A DNA stretch of 63,071 nt, the filler included, from Octopus bimaculoides (lineage: Eukaryota), in NCBI RefSeq assembly GCF_001194135.2. It is 3 parts of 3 records of this genome, joined end to end, with 100 filler letters (N's around TTAATTAATTAA, not from the genome) between each part and the next. Parts side by side here need not be neighbours in the genome. Positions count along the whole stretch, not along the records: positions 1 to 31,938 come from NC_068995.1; 2 more parts are not named here. One strand, given 5' to 3'. Within the stretch, counting starts at the first letter, position 1, and each line of letters starts with the position of its first letter. Positions 13,523 to 26,664 of this stretch are shown here, piece by piece. A program made the translations under genes and the position numbers. The notes beneath the pieces were generated by a model, which saw nothing but the letters and a program-made list of their open reading frames with translations, did no database searches and had not been told where the DNA came from.

Positions 13523-15553
13523 CATTAATTATGAATCAAATGTCCACATGTCTGTGGATATGTATGCGCTTTTATGCGTGTAAATGTTCGGGATGCTCAT
13601 TTAATAACCGTCCAACAATTCGATGTAAAACGGCAATCTTGGAGAGTCGCGCAATTGGCATATTCGCTATGAAGCTCCTACAAGTTTGGAATTGATTTAA
13701 AACATAGATAGAAGCGTCAGTTCGAGAGCCAAGACAAAGTTGTCTAGAATTTATCTTAGTTTCATATTGGTTACCAGGTAATAACTTGAGACATGATGAT
13801 CAGAACTTTGCAATGAAATGAATCGCTATTTAGCTCACTTAAATAAATATATGCCAAGTAGATTATTTCAGTAATCTTTGAAATGAGGCTGGAAACGAAA
13901 AGACAAGTTTTCTTCAAACGATTGCAATTGAAACATACGCAAGTCTTTCCGTAAAATATACTATATGAATTCTCCTGTCAAAAATGATAGGAGAAATTAG
14001 ACGAAGGATTATTTTTCTGTAAAATTTAGAAAGAAAAGTCGAAGTACCTAGTCTGATATCACAAGCTGGAAGTAATATGAAAACAATGTTTTGACTAGTA
14101 AAAATGACAGTTACAATTAAAGCTTTACAAGAAACAATAAAATAACATGAAATCAGTTCAAGTGGAAATATTTTTGAAACATTTCGAAGACTAATTTTTC
14201 AGAAATTCTGTTCTTTTGTAATAAATATTATAGAGAAAATATCGCGAGAAGGCTTAATGGTTCAAATAAATTATTGTAAACAAAGTATTCAGCAGAACGC
14301 GTAGACATTTTTTGTCTAAAAAATGAAAATGACAATCCGGGTTCGAAGAAATATAAAAGAAAATTACATCGTTTGATTACCTAATTAGAGATCTTCTGTG
14401 AAGTTGATCAAGATGGCTGAAATAATGAAATCTACTTTAAATTACACTTTATTACAAGCACAAAAGGAAGGTATAATTGAATATTATGATTGTAGATGAA
14501 TTCTGGCAGTAAAAACATGGAAGAGTCATGGATGGAATCATATAAAGCAGTTGCAGCAGCAGAATCGGGAATAAAAACAACAACAATGACAACAGAAACA
14601 ACAGCATCGACACCAAGAACGATGAAAACAACAGATTATCCATTGGTGATTGTTTGAAAATAATTACGATGAGGCACAAAACACTATAAGACATAAATCC
14701 TTCGTAACTTCCAGTCTAGAAAACATCAATATTGTTTGGGATTTCAATAACGAATAAGATCCATTGTTTGAACGAATAAAACCTGAGATATAATAATATC
14801 GTTATTCTTTGAATGCCAGCAGAAACATATAAAATGAAATCGATATCGAAATATGAAGCGATACTACAGTTAGAAAATAAACAACATGAATTGTGATAGC
14901 TTTGAAAATATTCTTTTACCAGAAATTATGAGGTCAGAATAAAAGATTAAAAAGTACCTGTTGTGCTATGTTGCTCGGGAATATTGCCTAGGAGTAGCAT
15001 TACATTTTCAGCAGAGAGAAAGAATTAATAATCCAGGAAGTTATATATAAACACCCTGAAGGATTAAGTTTGGAAAACTAAATTGTCCGGTGAAAGCCAT
15101 TGTAATCCACGTAGTCCGTAAATTTACTTTCTGCTGTCTGTCTAATTTGGTCACAGAATACAGTAGAAAAGCATAAATATATATATAAAAGTTAGTCAAC
15201 AAAATATATGATTTTTAGTTCGTTAGGCCAAGTGGGCTGTATCTGATGATTGTATTGGGACACCAGATGTGTGTTTGGCATGTTCGTAGCACATGAAAAT
15301 GATAGTAGTGCATAAATAACTTATACTGTGTTTATTAAATAATATTTATCTCTCACAGGGTAGAGTACTTTTTTTGTTGATCTAACCATCACGGAACACT
15401 TAACTACTACTTGAAAATGGTCTGGCACGGTTGCACATCCTATAGTGTGCAGTCACTGTAGTTGAAACACGTATAGGTCCGGAATATAATGTGCTGTAAA
15501 TAACTGTTTAATAAAATTATGGATGTGAAAATTTCCACTCTCTTCAAATGTGT

Positions 15554-15760
<207 letters not shown>

Positions 15761-16528
15761 ATAGGGCACCGCCAGTGAGTGCATACCTAGATATGCTCAT
15801 ATATATATTCAAATAATAAAAATCTGTAAAGCTTTACAGATTTTCACAGTTTCAGTAATGGATTCAATTTGTAGTCTTCGAATTAGTTTTCTCCTTTCTG
15901 GTTTTGAGAAGCCCAATTCCTCAAGATTGGTGTTTAGGCTGTGTGCTACATATCACAGGGCCTCAATAATTATAGGTATAAACCCAAACTTCTAATCAGG
16001 ATAGAGTAACCGCAGGTGTTCTCTGGTTTCTGTATGTATGTATGTAATTTATTTCCGAAGCTGATTTCTGTATAATCGCCTCTTCAATTGCTACAAAAAT
16101 ATGTAGTCGTGAGTAAACGCCAGTAAAAGCAATGTATTACTACTACCGCCGTACGTTTGTCAGTAATGATAAAAATGAAACGTTAACTCTATGGTTATGT
16201 GAGCTACGAATATTAAATGTTGAAACTAAACAACGCAATACATGAAAGCCATCAATCTGAAATCCCCAACGTATCGACGTCTGGGCAACAAACATGATAT
16301 TGATAAGCGTGTCAGAGATCGGGAGGAGTTTCAAGAGAAATATTTTCACATATTCTAAATATTTTGAGATGTAATTTCTATCTCTTCCCAAGGGCAAGAA
16401 CATTCGCCGTAATTGTAATTAACACTGATTATATTTAATGTAATTCAAACAATAGACGAAATATTAAGAATAACAAAAGAATATTTTGGACTCTATTCTG
16501 TGTTGCAAAGTGTTGAAATACCTACAAA

Positions 16529-16735
16529 GGTGGGAAGGAGGCAGATTCATTAGCACGCCGGACAAAAGGCTTTGCGACTGCTAGTCCGTCTTTACGCACT
16601 GATTTCAAATTCTGTCTTGGTCGACTTTGCCTTTCATCCTTTCAGAGTCGATAAAAGAAGTGGCAGTCGTGGTCAGGTCGAAATACCTAACTTGCCACCT
16701 CTCCGAAATTGGTGGCCTTGTGAGAAAATGGGAAA
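16529..16735 (+). mobile_element. SINE family A copy (second tail type)
   Basis: ttagcacgccggacaaaa...ttcaaattc...gtcgactttgcctttcatccttt...ggccttgtg. Confidence 0.85.
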
Positions 16736-16748
16736 ACACGTATATACA

Positions 16749-16779
<31 letters not shown>

Positions 16780-17100
16780 NNNNNNNNNNNNNNNNNNNNN
16801 NNNNNNNNNNNNNNNNNNNNNNNNNNNNNNNNNNNNNNNNNNNNNNNNNNNNNNNNNNNNNNNNNNNNNNNNNNNNNNNNNNNNNNNNNNNNNNNNNNNN
16901 NNNNNNNNNNNNNNNNNNNNNNNNNNNNNNNNNNNNNNNNNNNNNNNNNNNNNNNNNNNNNNNNNNNNNNNNNNNNNNNNNNNNNNNNNNNNNNNNNNNN
17001 NNNNNNNNNNNNNNNNNNNNNNNNNNNNNNNNNNNNNNNNNNNNNNNNNNNNNNNNNNNNNNNNNNNNNNNNNNNNNNNNNNNNNNNNNNNNNNNNNNNN

Positions 17101-17146
<46 letters not shown>

Positions 17147-17599
17147 CCGCCTTCGCTAAGATGGAGGTAATAATAATTATACTGATGATGATGATGATAA
17201 AGAAATACTTTGTTGCCTTAAGGGTAACAGGTGAAAGACTTTTACAGGGAAAAATTTACACAAATTTGTTGGTTCTACATCGAGTGTGATTCAGAATTTG
17301 ATACTTTACAGCAATATAAATAATGAAAATAATATAAAATAAAGAAAAGAAAATTACCTCAGGCAACTTTAACACCGGACCCCACCCTCTTGCCACCATT
17401 TCTATTACTTAACAACAACAAGGCGAATAATATAAACAACGACAGCTACCTCACCGCGAACAACAACAACAATAATAATAACTGGAGAAAAGCTTAAAAT
17501 TGATCAGATAAATATATTATTGTGTCACCGGAGGTATAAAAGGTAAAGCTATCAGCTCCATCAATAATAATCAAAACAAACCAGCTTCAGCAACATTAA

Positions 17600-17652
17600 T
17601 GGCTTCGGAAAATAAGACTAATGCTGACGATGATGACGATGATGATGTTGAC

Positions 17653-17689
<37 letters not shown>

Positions 17690-19260
17690 TTGATGATGAT
17701 GGTGTCATTGAAAGTGACAATGACGTTGACGATAAGAAAAATAATGATGATTATGATTATGCCGATGGTGGGGGCGTGTTTGGTGATGTCAATTGTGGAG
17801 ACGATAATTTTGAAAATAAAAGCTTTGTGTTGTTTTCCTTTTTTTGGTTAGGACGATGATGAAGATGATGATGATAATGACGCTGCTCTTGCTGCTATTA
17901 CTGACGATGATGATGATGATGATCATCATCATCATAAACATGATGGCGATAATAGTGATAGTGATGATGGTGTTGGTGGTAATGGCGATGATGATTACGA
18001 CGATGTTATACCGATAACGGTGATAATAATGATCATGCTGATAATGAAAGTGATGCTGATGATAATGATGATTATGATGATTACAATGTTGTTGTTGTTG
18101 TTGTTGTTGGTGGTGGTGGTGAAGGTGGAGGTGGTGGGGAATGAGTAAATTGTAAACAAGGTGGTTCTTTACGGTGATGACGAGGACGACGACGACGACG
18201 ACGATTACGATGCCGACGACACTGATAGTTAAGATAATGGTAAAGGTATGCAGGTGGTGGTGAGGGTTGTTGATGACAGCAACAACAGCAACAACAATAA
18301 TAATAAACAATAATGATAATAATGTTGGCGATATTGATGATGTGAAGACGAAGGTTTTGAAAATAGGGGCTGACATTAACAGTGTTGGTCGTATTGATGA
18401 CGATGATGATGACGATGATGATGATGATGATGATGTTGATGATGATGACGATGATGATGATGATGATGATGATGATGCTGATGCTGATGGTGGTGGTGAT
18501 GATGATGATGATGATAGCAATGACGACGATGATGATGATGACGATGAGGACGACGATGGTGATGATTATGGTGGCAGTGATGGTGATGATAACAATTTAA
18601 ATGATAGTGATGATTGTTCTAATGACAGTAACGGTGATGCCATGGCGGTCGTTATCAAACTTGTGCTAATGGTAGCGCCGTTGGCAACAACAGATGTGGT
18701 GAAGGGGATTTTGACGAATTTCCTATGTTGATAATAATACAGATGAGGGCGCTGACAATGATTGGGGGTTGATGATACCAATGCTGCTTAGGATAACAAT
18801 AATGGTGTTGGAGGCGGAGCTGATAGCAGTTGTGTCGTTGGCGAATTTAATGGCGACGAAATATTATCAAAAAAGGAAACAACAATAGAATTGGTGCTGC
18901 TACTGGTGATGTCGGTGATGCTGCTGTTACAAATGATGATGGTGGTGGTGATGATGATTACGATGACGATGACGATGGTGATAATGCTGGTGATACTGAT
19001 GATGAATTCGTGATGACGACGGTGACGAAAGCCGTGACATTTGCGATAGCGATGATTATAATAATAATTACATTGATGACGATCTGGTGGTGGTGGCTGT
19101 GGCCGGGCTGTCGTTGTTGCCATTTCTGTTGTTCGTCGAAATTCTATAGAGAAATGGAATTGATGTTGGTGGTGCTGTCAGCGATTATATCAGGTGCGTT
19201 GATGAGGATTTTGATGAGAAAATTATTAGCGATAGATGATGAATTATCAGAATGGCTTTT
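17600..19260. repeat. Compound degenerate trinucleotide array, (GAT)n/(GAC)/(GGT)/(GTT)
   Basis: Directly visible. It explains the poly-D/M/S/H ORFs in the track. Confidence 0.9.
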
Positions 19261-20029
19261 TATTTTTTTTTTATTTCACTGAACATATTTGAATAAGGAC
19301 CTTCCTTCCCCAATCACAACGGACAATTGAACTATTTCAATCTCGTTTTTATGTAGTCAATTAGGGACAATAGTTTGAAATGAAATAGATCAATCGTATT
19401 CACGCTTCCACAAATCAATAAAATGGTTAACACAAACGCCCATGCTTTATGGAGCAAAGCAATTCTTGTCAATAATAGTTTTTCTAAGTTCAAAGCGAAA
19501 GAGAAAATTTGTTTTCCAACTTATTGTTACCGTATTATATTAACATATCAGATCATTAAATTTTTTTCTTTTTAAAAAAAGAACGTAGTCCTTTTTCAGT
19601 AAATACATTTTAGTGTACATTTGGAGTTTTCGACTGTTTGTCTTGTTGGCATAAAATCCTCAATTCATAGATACGCATTTTCTGGGTTACATCCTTATTT
19701 ATTTAATCCATATATTGTGTGAAAATTCTTTGATCCTGTATCGTGTTTTTAAAATGAGTTATTTGATATTTTGCCAATGTTGTCGAGAATAAATACGGTA
19801 AGGATGTAAACAATTTTCTCGTGTTTATAATTTAATATTAGCTTATTTTGAGGTAAGTTTCAAGAACAAAAACGTATATTATTGGCCAAACGATTTCCCA
19901 AAACGGGTTTTTGAGGAGAAAGCAGTTCGATTTCGGCCAGAGTTTGTTTACTTGTACTCATACAACTGATGTACGACGGATGTGATTGTCAAGATCCATT
20001 GTGATGTCAATATTTCTTAGCTTGGAAAA

Positions 20030-20184
20030 GCGGGCGCTGGCAGAAACCTTAGCACGACGGACGAAATGCTTAGCCTTATTTCGTCAGTCTTCACGTTCTG
20101 AGTTCAAATTCCGCCAAGGTCGACTTTGCCTTTCATCTTAAGTACCAGTCAAAATTTCGGGCCTTGTGCCTAAAGTAGAAAAGA
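20030..20184 (+). mobile_element. SINE family A copy, first of a tandem pair
   Basis: ctggcagaaaccttagcacg...gagttcaaattccgccaaggtcgactttgcc...ggccttgtgcctaaagtagaa. Confidence 0.85.
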
Positions 20185-20185
20185 A

Positions 20186-20360
20186 AGCTGGCAGAAGCGT
20201 TAGCACGCCGGGCCAAATACTTAACCTTATTTCGTCTGTCTTTACGTTCTTAGTTCAAATTCCGCCGAGGTCGAATTTCATCCTTTCGGGGTCGATTAAA
20301 TGAGTACCAGTTACATACTGGAGTCGATTTAATCGACTTAGTCCTTGTTTGACCCCTCTA
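20186..20360 (+). mobile_element. SINE family A copy, second of a tandem pair
   Basis: ctggcagaagcgttagcacgccggg...tttcggggtcgattaaatgagtaccagttac...gtccttgtttgacccctcta. Confidence 0.85.
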
Positions 20361-20375
20361 CTCGGGCAGAAACAG

Positions 20376-20430
20376 GTGTCTACAGTTATCGTCTAGTCTA
20401 CAGATGTTCTAACGATCTTTACTTATTAAG
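20376..20430 (+). CDS. Candidate exon H (GVYSYRLVYRCSNDLYLL)
   Basis: Consensus donor AAG|gtaagt; only one frame is open (phase 1 to 2). The acceptor gaaacag| is weak and sits just after a SINE tail. Confidence 0.45.
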
Positions 20431-20515
20431 GTAAGTCAATATGCTAAATTCACGTCACTGAATTCACGTCACTGTCTCTTTTCTCAATTGCTTTTAATCA
20501 CAATTTCACTGCAGG

Positions 20516-20531
20516 CTGAGGCAATTTTGAT
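20516..20531 (+). CDS. Candidate terminal coding exon I (RLRQF-stop)
   Basis: An 85-nt intron gtaagt...tctctttttctc...ctgcag| precedes it. Phase 2 gives RLRQF then TGA at 20529-20531. Confidence 0.4.
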
Positions 20532-20661
20532 AAATCACAAATCTATATCGCATGGTAGGTATTTAATATGCACTTCTTTGTCTTTGTCTCTCAAAAATAT
20601 ACCACTGCCTACACGTATCAATTTTTTATGGGCAACATTCGATTCACTGATGTGTGGGTAC

Positions 20662-20698
<37 letters not shown>

Positions 20699-21665
20699 TA
20701 TATTACGGAAGAAGAGGACGAGATAAAGAGAGAGATAAGGAGAGAGAGGGGGAGAGAAAAAGAGGAGGAAAGATACAGAAAGAGATGCTCAGGAGGCGTT
20801 ATTGCGTGTGTGAAGTGTGAAGCTAATGTGATAAANNNNNNNNNNNNNNNNNNNNNNNNNNNNNNNNNNNNNNNNNNNNNNNNNNNNNNNNNNNNNNNNN
20901 NNNNNNNNNNNNNNNNNNNNNNNNNNNNNNNNNNNNNNNNNNNNNNNNNNNNNNNNNNNNNNNNNNNNNNNNNNNNNNNNNNNNNNNNNNNNNNNNNNNN
21001 NNNNNNNNNNNNNNNNNNNNNNNNNNNNNNNNNNNNNNNNNNNNNNNNNNNNNNNNNNNNNNNNNNNNNNNNNNNNNNNNNNNNNNNNNNNNNNNNNNNN
21101 NNNNNNNNNNNNNNNNNNNNNNNNNNNNNNNNNNNNNNNNNNNNNNNNNNNNNNNNNNNNNNNNNNNNNNNNNNNNNNNNNNNNNNNNNNNNNNNNNNNN
21201 NNNNNNNNNNNNNNNNNNNNNNNNNNNNNNNNNNNNNNNNNNNNNNNNNNNNNNNNNNNNNNNNNNNNNNNNNNNNNNNNNNNNNNNNNNNNNNNNNNNN
21301 NNNNNNNNNNNNNNNNNNNNNNNNNNNNNNNNNNNNNNNNNNNNNNNNNNNNNNNNNNNNNNNNNNNNNNNNNNNNNNNNNNNNNNNNNNNNNNNNNNNN
21401 NNNNNNNNNNNNNNNNNNNNNNNNNNNNNNNNNNNNNNNNNNNNNNNNNNNNNNNNNNNNNNNNNNNNNNNNNNNNNNNNNNNNNNNNNNNNNNNNNNNN
21501 NNNNNNNNNNNNNNNNNNNNNNNNNNNNNNNNNNNNNNNNNNNNNNNNNNNNNNNNNNNNNNNNNNNNNNNNNNNNNNNNNNNNNNNNNNNNNNNNNNNN
21601 NNNNNNNNNNNNNTATATATATATATATATATACATAAATACATACATACATACATACATATATA

Positions 21666-21760
21666 CAAGGTGTGATGGGTAAATTGTTGCCATCGTATAT
21701 GTTATATTTCGCGCATGGGCGGGTTTTCGTTTTTTGATTTTGTCGACTACACGGTATAGC
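21666..21760 (+). mobile_element. Isolated Tc1/mariner-type terminal segment
   Basis: TA then caaggtgtgatgggtaaattgt...ttttgattttgtcgactacacggtata, homologous to 15671-15760. Confidence 0.45.
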
Positions 21761-21884
21761 AAGGTGTGTTTGGTATCGTCAATACCATGATGCAATTCAC
21801 TCTGACAGAAACGACATTCTGTACAGCTTAGCTCAGTCGGTTAGTCAGTCAGTCGCACACACACACATATATATACATATATAC

Positions 21885-22170
21885 ACACACTCACTCACTC
21901 ACTCACTCACTCACTCACTCACTCACTCGCTTGCTCGCACACTCACTCACTCCCTCGCTCGCTCAGTCACTCACTTATTCATTCCATCACTCATTCGCGC
22001 ACTCACTCACTCGCTTACTTACTCACTCATTCATTCGCTCACTCACTCACTTATTCACTCCATCACTCATTCGCTCACTCAATCACTCACTCACTCAATC
22101 ACTCACTCACTCAATCACTCACTCACTCACTCACTCACTCATTTACTCACTCACACACTCACTCACTAAC
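21885..22170. repeat. Degenerate (TCAC)n tetranucleotide array
   Basis: Directly visible. Confidence 0.9.
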
Positions 22171-22280
22171 ACAATGCACTTTAAGTGCGAAGGATGTGAT
22201 ACACACAAAACACATGAATAAAATAAATATACATTTACACACCACACACTGACTGTGGACACCTTGTACCTATGCATAAG

Positions 22281-22490
22281 GGGAGATGTCTGAGTCGTTA
22301 GAACACCCGCCAGGATACGTAGCGGCATTTCACCCATCTTTTATTATCTGAGTTCAAATTCCGCCGAGGTCGCTTTTGGCTTTCATCCCTTCGGGGTCGA
22401 TTGAATAAGTACTAGTGGATCACTGAGGTCGATGTAATCGACTTATGCTCTGCCTGGGACTGCTGGCCTTTTATCAAAATTTGAAATCAA
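22281..22490 (+). mobile_element. SINE family A copy, diverged
   Basis: ctgagttcaaattccgccgaggtcg...ttcggggtcgattgaataagtac...gtcgatgtaatcgactta. Confidence 0.85.
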
Positions 22491-22501
22491 TACACACATG
22501 T

Positions 22502-22624
<123 letters not shown>

Positions 22625-23164
22625 AACGTATGTATATACTTGAATATATATAGGTATATATAATTATTCCTATGTGCATATATCTGTGCCTGTGTATATT
22701 TATATGTATATGCACTCACTAACGCACACAAATATATATATTCAACTTTTCATAGGGAGAGTTATCCAATAATTTACCTTATTCAATTCGATTATATTAG
22801 AACTGGGAGCGAATGACGGTATTAACACAAAAAGAGCAACAGCAGCAGAACAGCTTCAGATATAATAACTACAATGGAGAAGTCTCATGTAAAATAATAT
22901 ACAAGACAAATATATGTGTGTTATCGAACATCAATGAATCAACATCAAATGATGATCGAAATTATGGTTCTAATAATGGTCGGAAACTGTGAAGGTTTAT
23001 ATTGATTGTGTTATTCGATTAGTATTTCCTCCCCCTTTAGGATTTGTGATACATACGTACATACATATGTACGTACGTACGTAGTACGTACATACATACT
23101 TATATATATATATATATACAGCGTATGTGTGAATAATATAGATATATATGATATATATTTATAT

Positions 23165-23212
<48 letters not shown>

Positions 23213-24181
23213 NNNNNNNNNNNNNNNNNNNNNNNNNNNNNNNNNNNNNNNNNNNNNNNNNNNNNNNNNNNNNNNNNNNNNNNNNNNNNNNNNNNNNNNN
23301 NNNNNNNNNNNNNNNNNNNNNNNNNNNNNNNNNNNNNNNNNNNNNNNNNNNNNNNNNNNNNNNNNNNNNNNNNNNNNNNNNNNNNNNNNNNNNNNNNNNN
23401 NNNNNNNNNNNNNNNNNNNNNNNNNNNNNNNNNNNNNNNNNNNNNNNNNNNNNNNNNNNNNNNNNNNNNNNNNNNNNNNNNNNNNNNNNNNNNNNNNNNN
23501 NNNNNNNNNNNNNNNNNNNNNNNNNNNNNNNNNNNNNNNNNNNNNNNNNNNNNNNNNNNNNNNNNNNNNNNNNNNNNNNNNNNNNNNNNNNNNNNNNNNN
23601 NNNNNNNNNNNNNNNNNNNNTATATATATATATATGTATATATATATGCACACATACATACACATATACATATAAATATATATGTCTTTTTTCTATATTC
23701 CTTTATATGTATTTGTATGTACCTTCGTATGAAGCTATATACATTCATATGTGTGTATATTCACTGGATGCTAAGCTGTTACTTAAACAATTCAATAAAA
23801 CAACAAAGTATAATCAATATTAATGTTCGTGGTTGGGAATGGATTGATATGAATTGATGTTTTCCGAATTTATTTGCCGTCTACAGACACCTTTTCCTCG
23901 GAATATAATCTACCAACTTTGATTAGTAATGCTATAACGTAGCTGACTTTATTTAAATACGTACATAGATAAACAGACCAACACATATATTCATTTTTAC
24001 ATATTTAAGAAAATGTCATAAGTGTATATAATCTCGCTCGCGCACAGACACACAAACACTCATACACTGGCGCACATACAAACACACACACATATACATA
24101 CAGGTAGACAGAGAGACAGTGCGATAGATATATAGACAGAGAGTTAGACAGACAGATCAATAGATAGCTAGGTAGGTAAGT

Positions 24182-24214
<33 letters not shown>

Positions 24215-24240
24215 AATAGTTAGATAGATAGATAGGTAAG

Positions 24241-24301
<61 letters not shown>

Positions 24302-24838
24302 GGATAGATTCCAGACCAACTTTAATTCTTACCGGTTCTTAAACATAATTTCTTTAATGTACAGATCAACTTTGCCAGCAACATCGCATAATCGATATCA
24401 TAATACGTGTGTATGGTTGTGTGTTACCGTAAACCCCTGAAGATATAATAGGAATTTTCGACTTGATCATATCTGACCGAAAATCATTGTGTGAGCTCCA
24501 AAAACTAAGCAAAAATACGCTAAAGCTTTGGTTCATTTTACACGACTAATTTAGATCGTCTCAAGAGGCCTTCCATATTCCATCACGGAAGATTTGAACT
24601 ATACTCTCAGCAATGTTTTAAAATAAATTTCGTCTAAACCCCAACACTTGAAATTTAAACGTCTTTCTAGTAACTATGTTCCCATTCTCAAATTGTGTTA
24701 TATCGCACGTGCTGATGACCTCTACTCAACTCTCACTTCCGACGACTCGACTCTGTCGAACTCGACGTCTAGTCTACCGACGGCTCCGTCTCGATCTTCT
24801 GCTCTTTCGCTCCCCAAACAATTGGATTGCCATAACTA

Positions 24839-24964
24839 CAGTGTGTCCACAAAGTATGGGTGCATGGGAATTAACATACTTTAAGTGATTATTATTTCTT
24901 ATATTTAAATTGTTTATGTTATTATTTTATTTACTCCATGTACCCAGACATTGTGGACACCCTG
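24839..24964. mobile_element. 126-bp Tc1/mariner-type MITE
   Basis: 29-bp imperfect TIRs cagtgtgtccacaaagtatgggtgcatgg / ccatgtacccagacattgtggacaccctg; TA on the left flank. Confidence 0.7.
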
Positions 24965-25557
24965 TTGATCTACTTTTGATTTGATCAGAGTACTCCTGCA
25001 GAGAAATTACTACAGTAGTTATAAATTTGGCTCAGAGAAGGAGCTCCCCTGTGGTCGACCGACCCACTAAAAATAGCAGTAAAATTTGTCTCAAACTACA
25101 AACACAATACATTCTTTAAACGAAACTAGATATTAGACAATGATCCTTGGTAGGTCACGAGCGAGGAGACTGTGATCAAAAGACCACTTGATCAAGTTTG
25201 ATTTGTAGTTGAACAACAACGATAACAGCTCAACAGTAACTACAACAGCATAATAAAACTAACAAAAATCTAAAACTGCAAATCTTACTTCAATGCAATG
25301 AAAATTTGTTCGAATCATTTTTTCAAAATTCATTTTATTAACCACGAGCTTTTCGGTATTGGTGGCTATAAGTCAAGATGGAGCCAACCAAGTGATTATA
25401 AGTCAAGAGGGAGGTAAACGAAGAAAAATACACGCACAGATGTAGGCATAGACATGCAAGCACAAACATGCATGCACGCACACACACACACATACACGCA
25501 AAATATAAATACATATAACATGACACATATGTATATATTTGTGCGTGTGGATACACA

Positions 25558-25589
<32 letters not shown>

Positions 25590-26265
25590 NNNNNNNNNNN
25601 NNNNNNNNNNNNNNNNNNNNNNNNNNNNNNNNNNNNNNNNNNNNNNNNNNNNNNNNNNNNNNNNNNNNNNNNNNNNNNNNNNNNNNNNNNNNNNNNNNNN
25701 NNNNNNNNNNNNNNNNNNNNNNNNNNNNNNNNNNNNNNNNNNNNNNNNNNNNNNNNNNNNNNNNNNNNNNNNNNNNNNNNNNNNNNNNNNNNNNNNNNNN
25801 NNNNNNNNNNNNNNNNNNNNNNNNNNNNNNNATATATATATATATATATATATAAATATACGTATATATGCAGGCGCACATACAAGCAGATATGCGGTTT
25901 TAATAAAATTGTAAAATATTGCTCTTATTTTATTTATGTTCGTCAATTTTGCTACAGATTTAAGACATTTTACATTACGGAAACATAATAAATAGACACT
26001 CTGTACAGAAGGTAATCTTAATCTGTCAAAAATTGACAGTTAAAAAGCTTGTATAGTTTTATTTGAGAGAAAGCACGATTAATAATATACACGAAGAAAC
26101 AAATACAAAATAATTACAATAACAAACACAAAGAGATTGTTTCGAGCCTTGCACAACAACACACAACTACACGCGATTTCACTCAGAGTCTCTATGTATG
26201 TGCTTTTGTATATGTATTCACATGCAAATATATAACTGTATCTGTATAAGTATGTGTATTACATA

Positions 26266-26327
<62 letters not shown>

Positions 26328-26613
26328 ATATTTAAGATATGTAAAGAAAACATATACACAAATAGACGCACATACATATATATATACATATGTACACTGC
26401 ATAAGCTCACATAAGGAGGGAGTGAAAGACAGAATTAAATCTACTAAATACACACATATATTTCACCAAACACACAGACACACGCGTATATATATATATG
26501 TGTGTGTGTGTATATATATGTGTGTATGTATGTATATATATGTGTGTATGTATGTATATATGCATGCTTGTATCTATATATATTATATATGTGCATCTAT
26601 GCATAGTTGCATT

Positions 26614-26664
<51 letters not shown>

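Noticed and set aside
13980-14660. Coding-looking AT-rich stretch and a Thr-rich mini-ORF
   Set aside because: Stop density is near random expectation and the Thr run is a decayed (ACA)n repeat.
19842-19852. 11-nt microexon with perfect donor that would put exon I in the frame AEAILINHKSISH
   Set aside because: It is a possible alternative path with a weak acceptor that cannot be judged without transcripts; not adopted.
22187-22198. CEGC motif
   Set aside because: It is isolated, next to a (TCAC)n array, and lacks the rest of a nuclear-receptor finger.
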